A DNA stretch of 64,000 nt from Chrysomallon squamiferum. Its lineage: Eukaryota > Animalia > Mollusca. Both the position numbers and the translations under genes were made by a program. The notes below the pieces were generated by a model. It was given only the letters and a program-made list of their open reading frames with translations, made no database searches and was not told the DNA's origin. The stretch is taken from contig CM022677.1 in the NCBI GenBank assembly GCA_012295275.1, positions 17,360,001 through 17,424,000 of the forward strand. The letters are read 5' to 3'. Below are positions 1 through 43,915 of this stretch, piece after piece. The number at the start of each line of letters is the position of its first letter. Position 1 is the first letter of the stretch.

Positions 1-316
1 GACCTAAAATGATCAGCATCTCTAGATAAGTGTTTAGCAGCGACCTAAAAAGACATTTCAGATTTACATATTTCGCGCAAAAATTGCAGTCTAGATGTTT
101 TGTGTCTGTTTAGAGCTTACTATTCGTAACAGATTCTAAATTTCTTTTCTTTTAAAAATATATATTTTTCAGTATTATTTAATTTCAGAATTTTATATAA
201 ACCAAAAATCAGTTTAATATTTCCTCTGTCATCTGACAACAGCAGACGAAAATTTTAAAGACGAATAGTATTAATAAAAAGTAAGACCCTAAATAGTTTA
301 TACTAATAAAAAAAGA

Positions 317-377
<61 letters not shown>

Positions 378-1192
378 TTATATTAAATAAATACTCACCA
401 ATGAGAAGGAAATTTCTTTTTTTCTTCAGGTTTTATTGTTGTTGTTGTTGTTATTCTCGTCTAGGGTTATTGATTAATGTCACTAGGTTCGTTTTATTAA
501 TATTTTCTTTTGTACAGTACTCCGAAGAATAGCGGAAACTTCCGATATTGAGATGTGGACAATCCGGTTGAGATAAAAGAAATATGTTTATTTGTATGAA
601 AAAATCAGACAAATTTCAGATAAAATAAATTTTTCTTCTAATTTTTTTTAAATATTTTTATATGATAAATAATTTTATGTGAAATTTGTTATTCTAATTT
701 AGCGATAACTGTATTTAAGGTACATAACTCTGTTTGTGTGTAACAACAACGAAAAAAATAACTTCATGTTCACCGTCAAGAAGCTGAAACTTTATGAGCA
801 CAAATGGCATGTTTTTGATCGCGGAATAAACGTCAATATATCATACACATTTTTACAGATATATGTGGTCTTAATCAAGAACTGTTTTGCTATTATTTAA
901 GTCACCTTCCTTTTTTTTATTTATTTTTTTATTTTATTTAAAATGTAAAGGTCAGAATTTCAAATCTTTGTTTATAATAAATATTTACAATAGACTTTTG
1001 TTTTAAATCGAGCTATGATTGGTATATAGTTTGAATTCACTAAATTATTTATTTATTTCTAAGTTATTTATTATTTATTTATTTATTACATATTTTTTCA
1101 ATTATAGGGAAAATATTTAATTACTGAACCTGAAAATATTTAATCATAGAACATTGGTACCACTGTATATATTTGTTTATTTTAATTTAATT

Positions 1193-1224
<32 letters not shown>

Positions 1225-1329
1225 CCAGTTACCAATAAAATGTTTAATTTCAATGTTTATCAATATTTTGGGATTGTTCTTTGGCCACTTCATCACAAAG
1301 TATGACACTAACATATAACTTCTGACATA

Positions 1330-1620
1330 TTATAAAAGCTGTACATTTCACATCACCACCAACATTATGAACTGTACATTTCTACATCATTATAAATTCT
1401 GTTTTTTTTTTACATGATTATTATAGACTGTACATTTTACTCAATTCTCTTACATCATTAATACTATTGTAAAATGCACATTATACATCATTATTACAAA
1501 CTATTCATTTTGCATAATTATTATATAAACTGCATAATCATACATTATTATTTTTTAAAACTGGCATTTTTAAATCATTATTTTACACAGCCATTGCAAA
1601 CTGTTCATTTTATAATAATA
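1330..1620. repeat. Highly degenerate ~28-bp minisatellite
   Basis: Recurrent aactgtacatttt(t)acatcattatt motif. Confidence 0.5.
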
Positions 1621-2199
1621 AAAGACACATTTTAAAAAAATTTTTTTTTTTTTTTTTTTTTTTTGTTATTTTGAAGGATTGTTTGTTGTTGTTATTTTAT
1701 ATTATTTATTTGTCTTATTTAACCATTTTTTACTTTTCTACTTTTTAAAACTTAACATTTGTTTTATTTTAATTTTTTTATTTTATACAATTTAATTAAA
1801 TTATTTCAAATATTCTGTTTAATCTAAATTTTCATACTAGCGGTATCTGTCAAATCAACAATTTTGTAACTTCACAATATTAAAATTTAGTCAAATCTCA
1901 GGTGACAAGGAACTGAACCAAGTGCAAAATTAATATAAAATTATCCCAAGTTTGACAAATGTAACTGACTTAAAACGACCAGAAACTTGTTAGAATGGTA
2001 TTTTCTGTTTAGTTTAATCTGTAAACCTTTTTTTTTTTTTTTTTTTTTTTTTTCGCTAAAAACCACCAGCAGATTCTATTCTGAATAGATTTTAAATTTC
2101 TTTTATTCCAAAAAATATACATTTTCATTAATATGTCAAATAAATAAGTTAATACGAACCCAATCGCCCGGAATAAGTAATCTCAAAATGATTTTTTTT

Positions 2200-2232
<33 letters not shown>

Positions 2233-2461
2233 GTTTTGTTCGAAATTCACATATTTTGTACAGGTAATTGTATTTATTTATCTATAGCAAATTAAATAAG
2301 TTTTCCAAGTTACTTAATTTCATGTAAATACAATTAGAGTTCTTTCCCTTAGACCATTACTTTTCCTTTATCGGTAGTATTGTTGTTGGGTTGTTATGTT
2401 TTTATTTTTTTTATTTTTTTATTTTTTCTGCTGTTGTTGTAGTTATTGTTTTGTTTGGTGT

Positions 2462-2527
2462 TCGTATGTCTGACATCGCTTCGGTTTTTCTGGAACGAAT
2501 TATGTTCGTAACCCGAGGTCCCACTGT
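2462..2527. mobile_element. Tigger/pogo-like terminal fragment
   Basis: gttcgtaacccgaggtcccactg, whose reverse complement CAGTGGGACCTCGGGTTACGAAC resembles Tigger-type TIRs (from recall). Confidence 0.45.
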
Positions 2528-2651
2528 TTTTACGAGTTTTTAATAGAGTTGTTTCCCTTAGACCATTACTTTTCGTTTTCGACAGTTCGTTTTTGTTATT
2601 GTTATCTGTATTTTTTAGTTGGTTTTGGTTTGTTTCTTTGTTTCGTTCTTT

Positions 2652-2702
<51 letters not shown>

Positions 2703-3146
2703 CTGTTGTTCTTTATTTATTGATTATTTGATTTATTTTTTCTGAGGTTCCCATGTGTCCAATTTTGTTTCTGTGTAAATATGTATGTTTGTATATGTGT
2801 AAGAATTACACATTTATGATTTTTTTAGTTCTATGACCTTAGCATAATCTACTGACTAACATCTGTTATCAACAATTTAAACCAATTTGCATAACTCTAA
2901 AACGTCTGATTTCATGCATTTTTTTTTTTTTTTTTTTTTTTTTTTGCAGTTCTTTTTTAACAAACTCTGGTATCTCAAAGTAAGTTCTTTGTCTAATTTT
3001 CGTCATCATAAAAATAAATAAATAAATAAATATTTAAATGTTCTTGCTCTGTAACAAGTTTTTAACAAAAATATTCGTAATTAGTATTCAAATTTCCAAC
3101 ATACCGTGAAGTTTTGTTAACAAAATAAAACCTTCCTCTCAACATA

Positions 3147-3923
3147 CCATATATACTTGTGTATAAGTCGAATTTTTGGGAGACTATATTAAGCTAATAT
3201 TTTGGGGGTCGACTTATACATAGGTAATGCTTTTGTTGCTGTTGCTGAAGAGTCGCCATTTTAACTATTTTTTGCTACGGGATGCATCTAAAATAATCGC
3301 GGTCTTTCAGCTTTTCAAAAATATAATTTTATCGTATAAAACATTTTGAAAAATTAAATAACAAAACCAAATATGAATGTAAAACATGATATTCTTCCGT
3401 TTAATGACATAAAAATACATTTTAAAGCGAGAAAACCGTCAGTACGGCGTCTTGCAATGATCTAGGAATGCAGACTTCTCTGCCAAATTGCACTAAATAT
3501 CGGTCCTAATTTCATAAACAAAACTCACTTGTGTAATTGTAAAGAATTTGGTGAAATAATATTGCAATCGTCATTAATATCCACTACGGACAAATCGAAA
3601 ACAAACTAAATTTCTATAAACGTTCTGCAACAAAAATCAGTTCAACTTCTCGCCATATTTATGATACATTTAGGCTATAGCTCGTGTAATATGTATTTAC
3701 GTTATTATGGTATGTTCGTGCAAGTTACAGCTCGTGCAAGTTATGTTACAGTAGGCGTACAATGTAGGCCTTCATGGCACTGTCACACTGGTCTAAATAT
3801 AGTGACGGTGCCTGGAATCTACAGTCGACTTATACACAAGTAATACCTAAAATGACGCAATTTTTGGTCTTAAAATACACATCGACTTATACATAAGGTC
3901 GACTTGTACACAAGTATATACGG
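3147..3923. mobile_element. Non-autonomous Tc1/mariner-superfamily (Tc2/pogo-like) DNA element, ~777 bp
   Basis: ~25-bp TIRs (ccatatatacttgtgtataagtcga / tcgacttgtacacaagtatatacgg), TA on both flanks, subterminal tcgacttataca repeats near 3209, 3825 and 3882; no transposase ORF. Confidence 0.85.
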
Positions 3924-4342
3924 TATTTACATCAACAGTGCAGATGCTAATAAAATGATACAAAATTATTGTTAAACACCCTCTAGTTGTAACTAAATAA
4001 AATATTATCATCTCAATTATATACCGGTCTGTCGATTTAAACATAATATTAAGCGCCATTTCAATAGTAAATTATCAATATAATTATCATATAAATGAAG
4101 TTACGCCCTAGACGTATTTTAATAACTTTTATAATTTTAATAACATGACGGCGTGCTTTATCTAGTTTATAAGCATATAAAATTCGAATTGATTTTAATG
4201 CATTAATCTGCTCCCTTAAGCATTTCTAGCATGAACTTTATTTTTATTTATTTATTTTTAATAAATTATTACTTCTCAGGAATGTTATTACTATTATTAT
4301 AGTTAATGTTATCACGCCGTATGATAATTTTAATATTACTGA

Positions 4343-4697
4343 TGACCCTCAGTTTCACGAACCTCGTTTTTCCGAACTTCGGGGAATACGGATCAAATCT
4401 GAAGAAAAAAAGAAAACCCCAAATTTGGACTGAACGCCATATCACAGATACGGACCGGCTTTTCGTGAAGTGTCCGCTTGAAACCTTATATCAAAATGTA
4501 TACGATCGCGACAAAGCTCTCTCAACCAAGACAAGAATATGTTTCTACAATAATTTCTCTTATTTTTATTTCATTTCATTTATTTTATTAATTTTTTTAT
4601 TTGTTTATAGAGAATTTTTTTTTTTTGTTTCTAGATTACTTAACCAATAATGTTACTAATTACTATTTCATATATTAGAGTTCTTTCCCTTAGACCA

Positions 4698-4730
<33 letters not shown>

Positions 4731-4762
4731 GTTGGTTCTTTTTGGCTTTGTTTTGTTTCTTT

Positions 4763-4809
<47 letters not shown>

Positions 4810-4995
4810 GCTGTTGTTGATTATTTTTCTATTTATTTTTTACATTACAAATAACCATCCAAAACTAATAAACTTCACCCATCCTAGCACTGCATTTGTC
4901 TAATGTTTAATGTTTCATTCGCGGAATCCCGGTCTTTTCCGGATCTGTGATTCCCCCCCCACCCCGTTTATCTGTGAAATCGAGGCTCAACAGTA
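4343..4995. mobile_element. Degenerate Tigger/pogo-like MITE remnant
   Basis: Left ccctcagtttcacgaacc and right gtgaaatcgaggctcaacagta are imperfect inverted ends. Confidence 0.35.
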
Positions 4996-5409
4996 CAGCG
5001 TTTTTAATATCAGTCCTTTTGTTACTGATGCTTCTAGTAAATAAAACGCCAAGGTTGTCAAGAAGTTATCTCTGTGAACAAATTGCTTGCTGATAAACTA
5101 CACTTTAATTTCATGCATACTCATCTAAAATCTGTTACGGTATTCATTAACTGATTAGTTATTTACGTACTATTTACTGCGACTCAATATTCAGCATATA
5201 GCAGTGAAAGAAAATTGATATAAAATGAGTTGTCTCTCTTGCTGTGAAAAATTAGAATGTGGAAACATCATTTTCAGTAATAATTTCTAAATCTTCTACA
5301 TGCTGTCCAGATAAAGTCAGATTTTTAAGAATATAAAAAAAATTAAAAATTCTTGGTGTAATAAATATTTATTTTCTTTTTTTTCTTCTTTTTGCTTTTT
5401 CTTCTTTTT

Positions 5410-5450
<41 letters not shown>

Positions 5451-5717
5451 CTATTTTTTTCTTTTTTTTCCTTTTGTTCCGTTTTTTTTTTTTTTTAAAT
5501 ACAATAATAATTATAATACAAATATAAAAAATCGAAAATTCGTCTTAAACATAAATCAAAATATTTTTAATTTTCAGTGTTATATATTTATATATTCTTT
5601 ATTTTATTTTATTTTTTTATTTTTTTTTTTTTTATTATAAATATATATTTTTTTATTGTAACGTCACAGAGTGCGTTGCTTATGTTTGTCGAATATTTCA
5701 GCGGTTTTCTTTATTTC

Positions 5718-5778
<61 letters not shown>

Positions 5779-5848
5779 AATATCACACAGGTCTCTTTTG
5801 ATTTTTCTTTGCACAGTTATGAAGTTAAAAACAGACTTCGTTGATTTC

Positions 5849-34750
<28,902 letters not shown>

Positions 34751-35324
34751 CTTGATAGTCCGTCACTGAAGAAAAGATATGTGTACCACTTTGCTATATA
34801 TATTAATAATATATAATATTTTTAGAAACAGTTCTCTATCTACACATAATGCATACTTGATAACGAAGATGATGATGATAAAAACAGTACTAATATTACT
34901 AATATTACTAAAAGTAATTATTCCCAATGAAGAGAAAGAAAAAAGAAGAATTCGATAACATGACAATAGCAAGGACAACAATACTAATTTTAACAAAAGC
35001 AGTTGTTCATAGGGAAGGTAATAGTAGTAGTAGCAGTAGCTGTTGTAGCATAGTAATAGAAATAGCAGAATAGTAGTTGTAGTAGACTACTAGCAGTAGT
35101 AGTAATGGTGGAAATAGTAACAGAATGGTATTTTAGCAGTATTAGTTGTAGATAATAGTGATAGTACTAGTAGAAGTGATAGCAGTGTAGTAGTCGTGGT
35201 GGTGTGGTAGAAGTAGCGGTAGTAGTAGTAGTTGTTGTTGTAGTAGTAGTAATACTTGTAATAGAGGAAATGTACATATGACGTGGAGGTAGTAATATTT
35301 TTCTGTTGAAATAACTATTGTGAC

Positions 35325-35359
<35 letters not shown>

Positions 35360-35814
35360 AAGGAGGTGTAGTAGTAGTAGTCATAATAGTAGTAGTAGTA
35401 AAGGGTGTTGTACTAATGAACGTAACTATGATATGTCGATGTTAATGTCGTCGTTATTTTGTTATCTTACCTACAAAAGAAATCACTTCAGCTGTGTCTC
35501 CTGTTTTTTTCTGTGATTCTTTCCTTTGAAGCAGAAACTCACTAAAGAATAAAACAATTTCACAGTGTGTGACTCACAAAACAAAACACGTGTTAACAGG
35601 AGCAGTACATAAATCAGTGAATGCAGGACAACAGAAGTAATCTCTGTATACAACAACAAACTGGCAAATAAAAAGCTAATTATTTCATGTAGGACATTAA
35701 TTTGTAGAAAACTATAACGAGAAAAATGGATAGTTATAGACTATTAAAAGTCTGTATGAACTATTTTTATATACATACATACATACATATATTTATATAT
35801 ATATATATATATAT

Positions 35815-35869
<55 letters not shown>

Positions 35870-35907
35870 CATACATAAAAACAGACACACGCACACCCTC
35901 ACGCATG

Positions 35908-35949
<42 letters not shown>

Positions 35950-37257
35950 ACACAGAGACAATAACAACAAAAAATAAAAAGCAGCAATAATAATAGCCAG
36001 AAGGTGATCAAAAAAAAATTAGAAATACATTCAACATTAACACATAAATACATTTATACATATACCGGGAAACATACAAACAGCTACATAGCTCAAACAC
36101 GCATACATGTAAACACACACAACACACAAACACAAACACACAGATATACACCATACATATACAAAAACATCTACATTCACACGAAATTTCATACACGTAG
36201 AAACATACGTACATCCACACGTACATACATACATAAACAAATACATAGAAACACATATAATGCATAAACACGCGCGCGCACACACTCAACAGATATATAT
36301 ATACATACATACATACACACATACAGAAATTATTTAGACAATCTGAGACATACATACACATAAAGGAAAAAAGAGAGAAACAGAAACAGAAAAATCTCAA
36401 GAAGAAAGACAAACGAAAAAACAAAAAATTAATATCAGAAATTAACTTAAGAAACGAATACTCAACCTTGACAGCTAACACCCTTCTATTGAAAGAATAA
36501 CAACAACCTATCCTCCAGTTAATAACAAACGATTTTCTTTTTATCAAATCAACACACAGCATAGCAGACCCAGTAATTACCCTAGAGGGTGGTTCAGGAA
36601 TTGACCTTAAATAAAAATAAAAAAATTCATTACAATTTCGTAAGGACAGGTTCACAAAACATCCGGGTAGCCAATTTTCCCCTAACACCCTCCATTTTGT
36701 TTCTGGAAACGCCACTGGTACAATTTACAGCAAGCTTCAGTGGGAAGGTTTATAATAAAAGGCAACACGGACGATAACAAAAGGATTTAAGGGGCGGTGA
36801 AGACAAGGTTTTGTTTCGTGTTTAATCATGGTTCACCAGCGTGTGTGAACTGTTCATTTTCATGCATGAACACGGAAAAAAAAAAAAAAAAAAAACACAC
36901 AGGTAACGGTCTAAGTCGTAAGTTAATGGGCTTAATAAATTGTGAGGTGAGTGAAACAGCTTAACAAGTGGCAGTCGAAAAGGATAATAAATGAAAGAAA
37001 AAAAAGAATAAAATAAAGCGTTATAAAAAGGCTTTGCCCAGTTAAATTTTTTTTTCCTTTTATTATTATTATTTTTACTGTTTCTTTTTTTTTTTTTTTT
37101 TTTTTTTTTTTTCTTATTTTCAGGTTGTTGGCTTTTTTTTTTTTTGATTTTTTAATTTATTTCTTTTTAGCTCCATATTTATTCCTTAGTTTTTCTTGTC
37201 GTTGTGTTTTTTCTTCTTCTCCTTCTTCGTCTTCTTCTTCTTGTTATTATTATTATT

Positions 37258-37290
<33 letters not shown>

Positions 37291-38139
37291 GCTTCTGCTT
37301 TACACCGGGTGATTTATATATAATATTCAACCTTAAAAACTGATAAATCACAATTTCAATATTATTTGTTTAAATTTTCTTTTCAAGATGTTCCTCTTGC
37401 TACTTCTAGAAAAAAACACAGTATTTATTTTTATTAGTAGTAATAGTAGTAATCGTTGTAGTAGAAGTAGTAGTAGTAGTAGTAGTAACTGTTCGTTTGC
37501 ATTATTAGATAGATTAAATATAATTAGATTTTACGCATTTCAAGTTTTCAATCAGATTAGTCTGTTATTACATATGTAACATTTCCTAATACTGATTATA
37601 CTACTTTCTATATAACTTCCTCTATCTTTTAATCTCTCTCGGTTTCAATCGTTCGTCATTTCTAATTTATACAGAATATACTGTATAGAAGACACTATCA
37701 TTAAATCTGTTTTAATACGCATGCCCAAGCCATAGCGTCAAGCGGTATATTGTTTTGTATGTGAAACATCTGTCCCCTATTTTAATATTAAAATCATTAG
37801 ACTATAACGCTTTGTTCGCTCATCTGTAATTAATTTGTTTTAATAAATAAATAAAATCTACACGATTGTTGTCGTTATTAGAATTATTTAGATTTGTTTT
37901 GATTATTTCAATATAAAAGTAAATAAAAATGATGACATGTCATTATATCTGTATTATAATTATTTACTGTTTTTATATATTTCTGATTTCGATAATATAT
38001 TTTCTAGGTTAATTTACATACAAAAGCATACACAAACACACAGATACACACATATAAAAATACACACACAAACACACACACAAACACACTTGATATTTCT
38101 ATAACAGGCCATTTATTTTTGATTAACTAATTTTATATT

Positions 38140-38224
<85 letters not shown>

Positions 38225-38422
38225 GGTATTTTATTGTCAAATTTTATATTCCAAATCTCTCTCTCTCTCTCTTTAATAACAATATATTTCACTTTTATAC
38301 AATCACTTTTATTTTGTTTATGTTTATCCTAGCTAGTTATCCTATGATTAAATAATAACAAAAGACTAAATTACATATTTTATATAGATCTCTCTCAAAC
38401 ACTCATACTCGCACATAATCTA

Positions 38423-38505
<83 letters not shown>

Positions 38506-38809
38506 TTAATATGGAATCTGTTGTAAATATCCTTATCGTCGAGATAAACAATGATTACTAAATACTAATTTTAGATTCTGCAAACAGCGTCTAATATAAT
38601 AAATGCAAATGATATTCTATGTACTTATCTTTCTGCGCTATTAGTTAATGATTTATATGTAGATATCAGATGCAATATAACAAAGTTATTAAACAGTGAT
38701 ACTTTTGTCAGATAAAATTTAGTATTTGATTAATATGCTTCCTCTTTAGAAAAATATTGTTTCAGTTATTTTTATTTATTAATTTCTTCTTCTTCTTCTT
38801 TTCTTCTTT

Positions 38810-38840
<31 letters not shown>

Positions 38841-38959
38841 TTATTATTATTATTATTATTATTATACTACCATTACTAGGTCTATATCAATAATAATAAT
38901 TGTAGTAATAGTTGTAGTAGCTATTACTATGGTTGTGATTATTATTATTATTATTAACA

Positions 38960-38999
<40 letters not shown>

Positions 39000-39236
39000 C
39001 ATTATTATTATTATTGTTGTTGTTATTGTTATTATTATTGTTGTTATTATTATAATCATCATCGTCATCATCATTCTAATTATATTTTAATGTTTTATCG
39101 TAATTATTATTCTTTCATATAATAAAATATAAAATATTATTAAATTTAAAAAGGAAAATAAAATTAAAATAAAATGAAAAACGAATGGATCATATTGAAA
39201 AAAATACTTAAACTGTGCAAGTGTGCCTTTTATGTG

Positions 39237-39310
<74 letters not shown>

Positions 39311-40386
39311 TTTGAATATGATCATTACTGTCGTCTGTAACAATTTGGATCTTAAAACTTCCCTTATTAAATAAGACGTAAAATTTTAACACATCCAAAA
39401 TTTTCCTCTAAAAGATTTATCTGCAGAATCTATTTAATATAAACTTATATCAGATTATTATCCTGCCTAAAACACTAACTCTGTCGTTTGTGTCTTCGAC
39501 TAAACTGAAATTACATAGCTAATGTTATACACGTAATAATAACCTTTCTTTGATAACCTAACGATATTACAGTGTTTCGACACTATCAGATCCGATGATA
39601 ACCGAAGTCATATGGTGATTATCCGAGACTGATAACTTATTACGTCACTGATATTTTTTTACGATGACCTTAATCTAAGAAAGAAGGCAGAACTTAACAA
39701 AGTTTGTGGTGAACAGGAAAATAAGTAATATTTAGAAAAGACTGCACGAAAAGGTTTGTTGTGGTTTTAAATGTTTTAAAAGCAATAAAGCAATAAATAA
39801 ATAAATAAATAAATAAACATATATACATACATACAAACAAATATATATATATAACATAAAAAAGGAAAGAAAGAAAGAATAAATAAACAATTAAATAAAT
39901 AAATAAAATATTTCAACGAATTCTTTCTTCAATACAACTTAACGTAACCATTTAACAATCAAATTATTTTGTTTTTTGTTTTGATCGCTATTCAGAGGCG
40001 TACCTTGGTCGAAAGTGCTCGGGGGGTAAGGCAAGTGTATTCCGCACTCTAACCCGTGGAAATAAGCCATCAACAAGCCCCTTCCACTGGCCACGCCCTT
40101 ATATACCCGCTCACACTAACCCACTGTCGATATTGCAATAAACAAAAAAAGGAAACCCGCCGTTTGACAAAGTTACAGATAAAGTCAAAATGACACAACA
40201 GCACGCATTCACCATGACCTTTGACAGTACAGCTGTGACGTATGACCCGGTCATTGACATGACGTACGTAAAACGCTGAGCAACAAATCTGAGCAAACCA
40301 ATAACATACCTTATTAGGTTGTAACCTCACAGAGAGAGTGCGTCAGATTATTTGTCGTTTATATTATAGCGGGTTTTCTTTATTTC

Positions 40387-40439
<53 letters not shown>

Positions 40440-41180
40440 TTATTTTATTTCATTTCATTTCATTTATTAATGTTAAAAAGTTTGTTTTTAATTTATTGTT
40501 ATCAATCATCTTCATATCATTATTTTATTTTATTTTTTTTTATTTTTATTTTTTTTTATTCTTTTATTTTTTTATTTTATTTTTTTTTATTTTTTTTTTT
40601 TTTTTTATTTTTTTGCTGTTGTTGTTAAGTTTTTTTTTAGTGTTTCTTTTTTGGTGGGGTACTTTATTTATTTTTATTTGTATTAGTAAATGTTATATCT
40701 TCTGTTTTGTAAACGTAGATAAAACAATAATAAATGAAAATAATGACTGAAAGAAGCAAATTAAATGTGTAGAATTATTCGTTACTGTCGCGGATCATAT
40801 ATACATACAACATGCACACAAACACACATTATGCAAATATATAAATACAAACATATATTACAAACATGCACAGACACACACACACATGCATACATACACC
40901 CATCCATCCATCCATAATGTTGCCTTCGGAGTACGGGCTAACGGATACCATACGTTCGAGTCGCGTCAGCGGCATCTGACGGGTTTGTGAGGTCGTGATT
41001 GGACTTTGTCCTCCTGCGCCAGTGCGTTCCCGAATATTGTCTATGTGCAGAGTCTATTCAAACGTACTAAGACAGAGAATATTCAAAACCTAAAACACAC
41101 ACACACACGCACGTACACACACACATACACACATACATACATATACATCCAAAACAAACGTGTGTGTGTGTTTCGATTAT

Positions 41181-41211
<31 letters not shown>

Positions 41212-41496
41212 CATACATACACAATATAATATTCTGTCATTACACAGTTTCAAGCTAACTGCTACAATGATTCCAAAGCTAATAATAACCAGCTAATCTG
41301 TACACGACAGTATCAATAAAATAATTTACAAAATATCCACGCGAATAAATTTCTTTGTGCTCGTAGCAGACGAGTCACCCAGTCACCCTCTCATATTCAC
41401 CTCAAACTGAAGGCTGCAGAAGTGCACGTGTCACTATTTACACGCGTAAACAAATGAGTCGTCATTTTGAACACATGTTGCTCTTTTCTCTGGTGA

Positions 41497-41504
41497 TATA
41501 TAAA
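41497..41504 (+). promoter_or_regulatory. TATA box of the cysteine-rich peptide gene
   Basis: TATATAAA about 90 nt upstream of ATG 41589. Confidence 0.55.
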
Positions 41505-41588
41505 CTCAAAGCGAGGCGAGCAGACGATACGAAAAAGTTTAGAACGAGAGAGAGGCAGAGAGAGAAATATAAAGGAAACACATCCATC

Positions 41589-41628
41589 ATGCAATATCTT
41601 TGGATAGTTTTGATTTTCACTGTTGCAG
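41589..41628 (+). CDS. Secreted cysteine-rich peptide, exon 1 (signal peptide MQYLWIVLIFTVA)
   Basis: ATG, hydrophobic stretch, phase-1 donor G|GTATAA. Confidence 0.75.
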
Positions 41629-43116
41629 GTATAATATTTGACGTCTTACGTTTTTTTTATTTAATGTAACTGTTGGTATAGATAATAGTATTTCATGTTT
41701 TGATGCTAATATAACTTTTTTTTTGATTAGTTTTGTTTTATTATTATTTTATTTATTTTGTATATTTGTTTGTTTCTCTGTTTGTTTATTTATTTATTTT
41801 ATTTTATTTTTAAGGAATATCAAGATTAATATTAAGATTAATTATTCGTTTATATATATATATATATATCTTTACCATCTTAATCTTAATATTAATCTTG
41901 AAATTTTCTTAAATAAATGAAATTAAATAATTAAACAAGTAAGTAAGCAAATAAGAAAAGAAAGAAAGAAAGAAAGAAAAAAGAAAAAAAAGAAAGAAAG
42001 AAAGAAAGAAATATTATTGAAAGAAAAAGAAAGTATATGATGATTAATAAAGCCGATTGTTTAGATGTATATAAAACGAATGCGTTAAAAATAAATTTAA
42101 CAAAGCTATTTGGATAATATTATATTTTAATTTTATTTAGAAATTTAATTTAACAAAAATAGTGTTTAACGATGTTGTTTACTTAGAAGAAAGACGTTTA
42201 AATCATTTTAATTCAGATGATAATATTTTAACTAATTATTGTTTGTTAAATAACAGTAATTTTAAATTTTACATTATTAAAATTGTGTGCTTCAATAAAA
42301 TAATATTAAATTATAGTTTTAGATAACAGTATTTTTAATTCTAAATTAGTAAACACAATTTTTGGTGATATATTTTAATAATTCTACTACTACTGCTACT
42401 GCTATATACTACTTTTAATACTACTCTACTACTTCTACTACCATTGCGACTGCTATTACTAAAACAACAACTTCTACTATTATTTTTAAAACTATTTTTA
42501 TTGCCGTTGTTGGTGATGTTTTTGTTGATATATATTATTACTATTGTTATTCTTTGTCTTCGTCTTCTTCTTCTTATTATTATTATTATTATTATTATTA
42601 CTACTACTATCATCATCATCATCATCAGCATTATTATTATTACATATCATCGTCGCTTGAACATATTCATTATTAATCTCATTATTATTCTCACTATTAT
42701 CACTGTCATATTTACATGGCTTTACTGTTTATTATTACTTCGCAAACAATAAAGGATATCGATATACGTGTGTAGTATATCTATTGTAACTGCGGTACGA
42801 TCATTATCTCAGCTTCCGACAAATATCCGCTGTATTGACCAAGGTTAATATCTTATCTCAGTGTCAGGTTATTGTCAGTTAGGCGAGAGAGAGAATCGAG
42901 AATTTATAAAATGAGGGGCAGCAATGCTCAGAACAATTAGAATCGTCTACAGACAATTGTAAAAAAAAAAAACATTTAAAAAAAAAAGGCAAACCGCAAT
43001 TTTATTTCTTTGAAATAAAATGTTAATTGATAGTGAACCAAAATGTTACTGGGATTTTTCTTTTCTTTTTCTTTTTGTTCTTCTTCTTCTTCTTTTTCTT
43101 CTTCTTCTTCTTCTTA

Positions 43117-43183
<67 letters not shown>

Positions 43184-43325
43184 AGGTTTTATTATTGCTG
43201 TGATTGTTTTTTATTCGTTAATGTATTTTATATATGTTCTTCGCCTTCTTTTCTTTTATTATTTTTCGTTGATTTGAATGTTGTTGATATTCTTTTTCTA
43301 AATATTTCTTCTCGTTCTTCTTCTT

Positions 43326-43405
<80 letters not shown>

Positions 43406-43527
43406 TGTTACTATTACTACCAATATCTTCATCATCATCATTTATTTATTTATTTTATTTATTTACTCTGAATCCATACAACGCATTTGTTTCATTTCAC
43501 ATATTTAAAATATGTTTCCCTTTACAG

Positions 43528-43645
43528 TGGCTGAGGTCCCTACGATCTGTCCTGACGGCAAACAACCGACTCCTTGCTACAAAGACCCCTGCTCGCGTCT
43601 CAGCACGATACATTGCCAAGGGCTACCAAAGGGAGCTCGCTGTGT
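43528..43645 (+). CDS. Secreted cysteine-rich peptide, exon 2
   Basis: tttacag acceptor; VAEVPTICPDGKQPTPCYKDPCSRLSTIHCQGLPKGARCV; GT|GTAAGT donor; GC-rich island in AT-rich DNA. Confidence 0.85.
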
Positions 43646-43808
43646 GTAAGTGCTGTTTTCATTGGTTGTTTTACACGTGACGTCACGTCATACGTTTTTT
43701 CAGTTTCACCAACGCGTTTTGATTCTTTGATACGAACGTTAATTAATTATGTTTACAATAAATTTCCATTAAATATGTCGTGAAGGAATTGTATTAAAGT
43801 TTCTATGT

Positions 43809-43915
<107 letters not shown>

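Noticed and set aside
36008-36715. 235-aa minus-strand ORF
   Set aside because: Non-ATG start, no domain, and the second half is (TG/TA)n low-complexity sequence.
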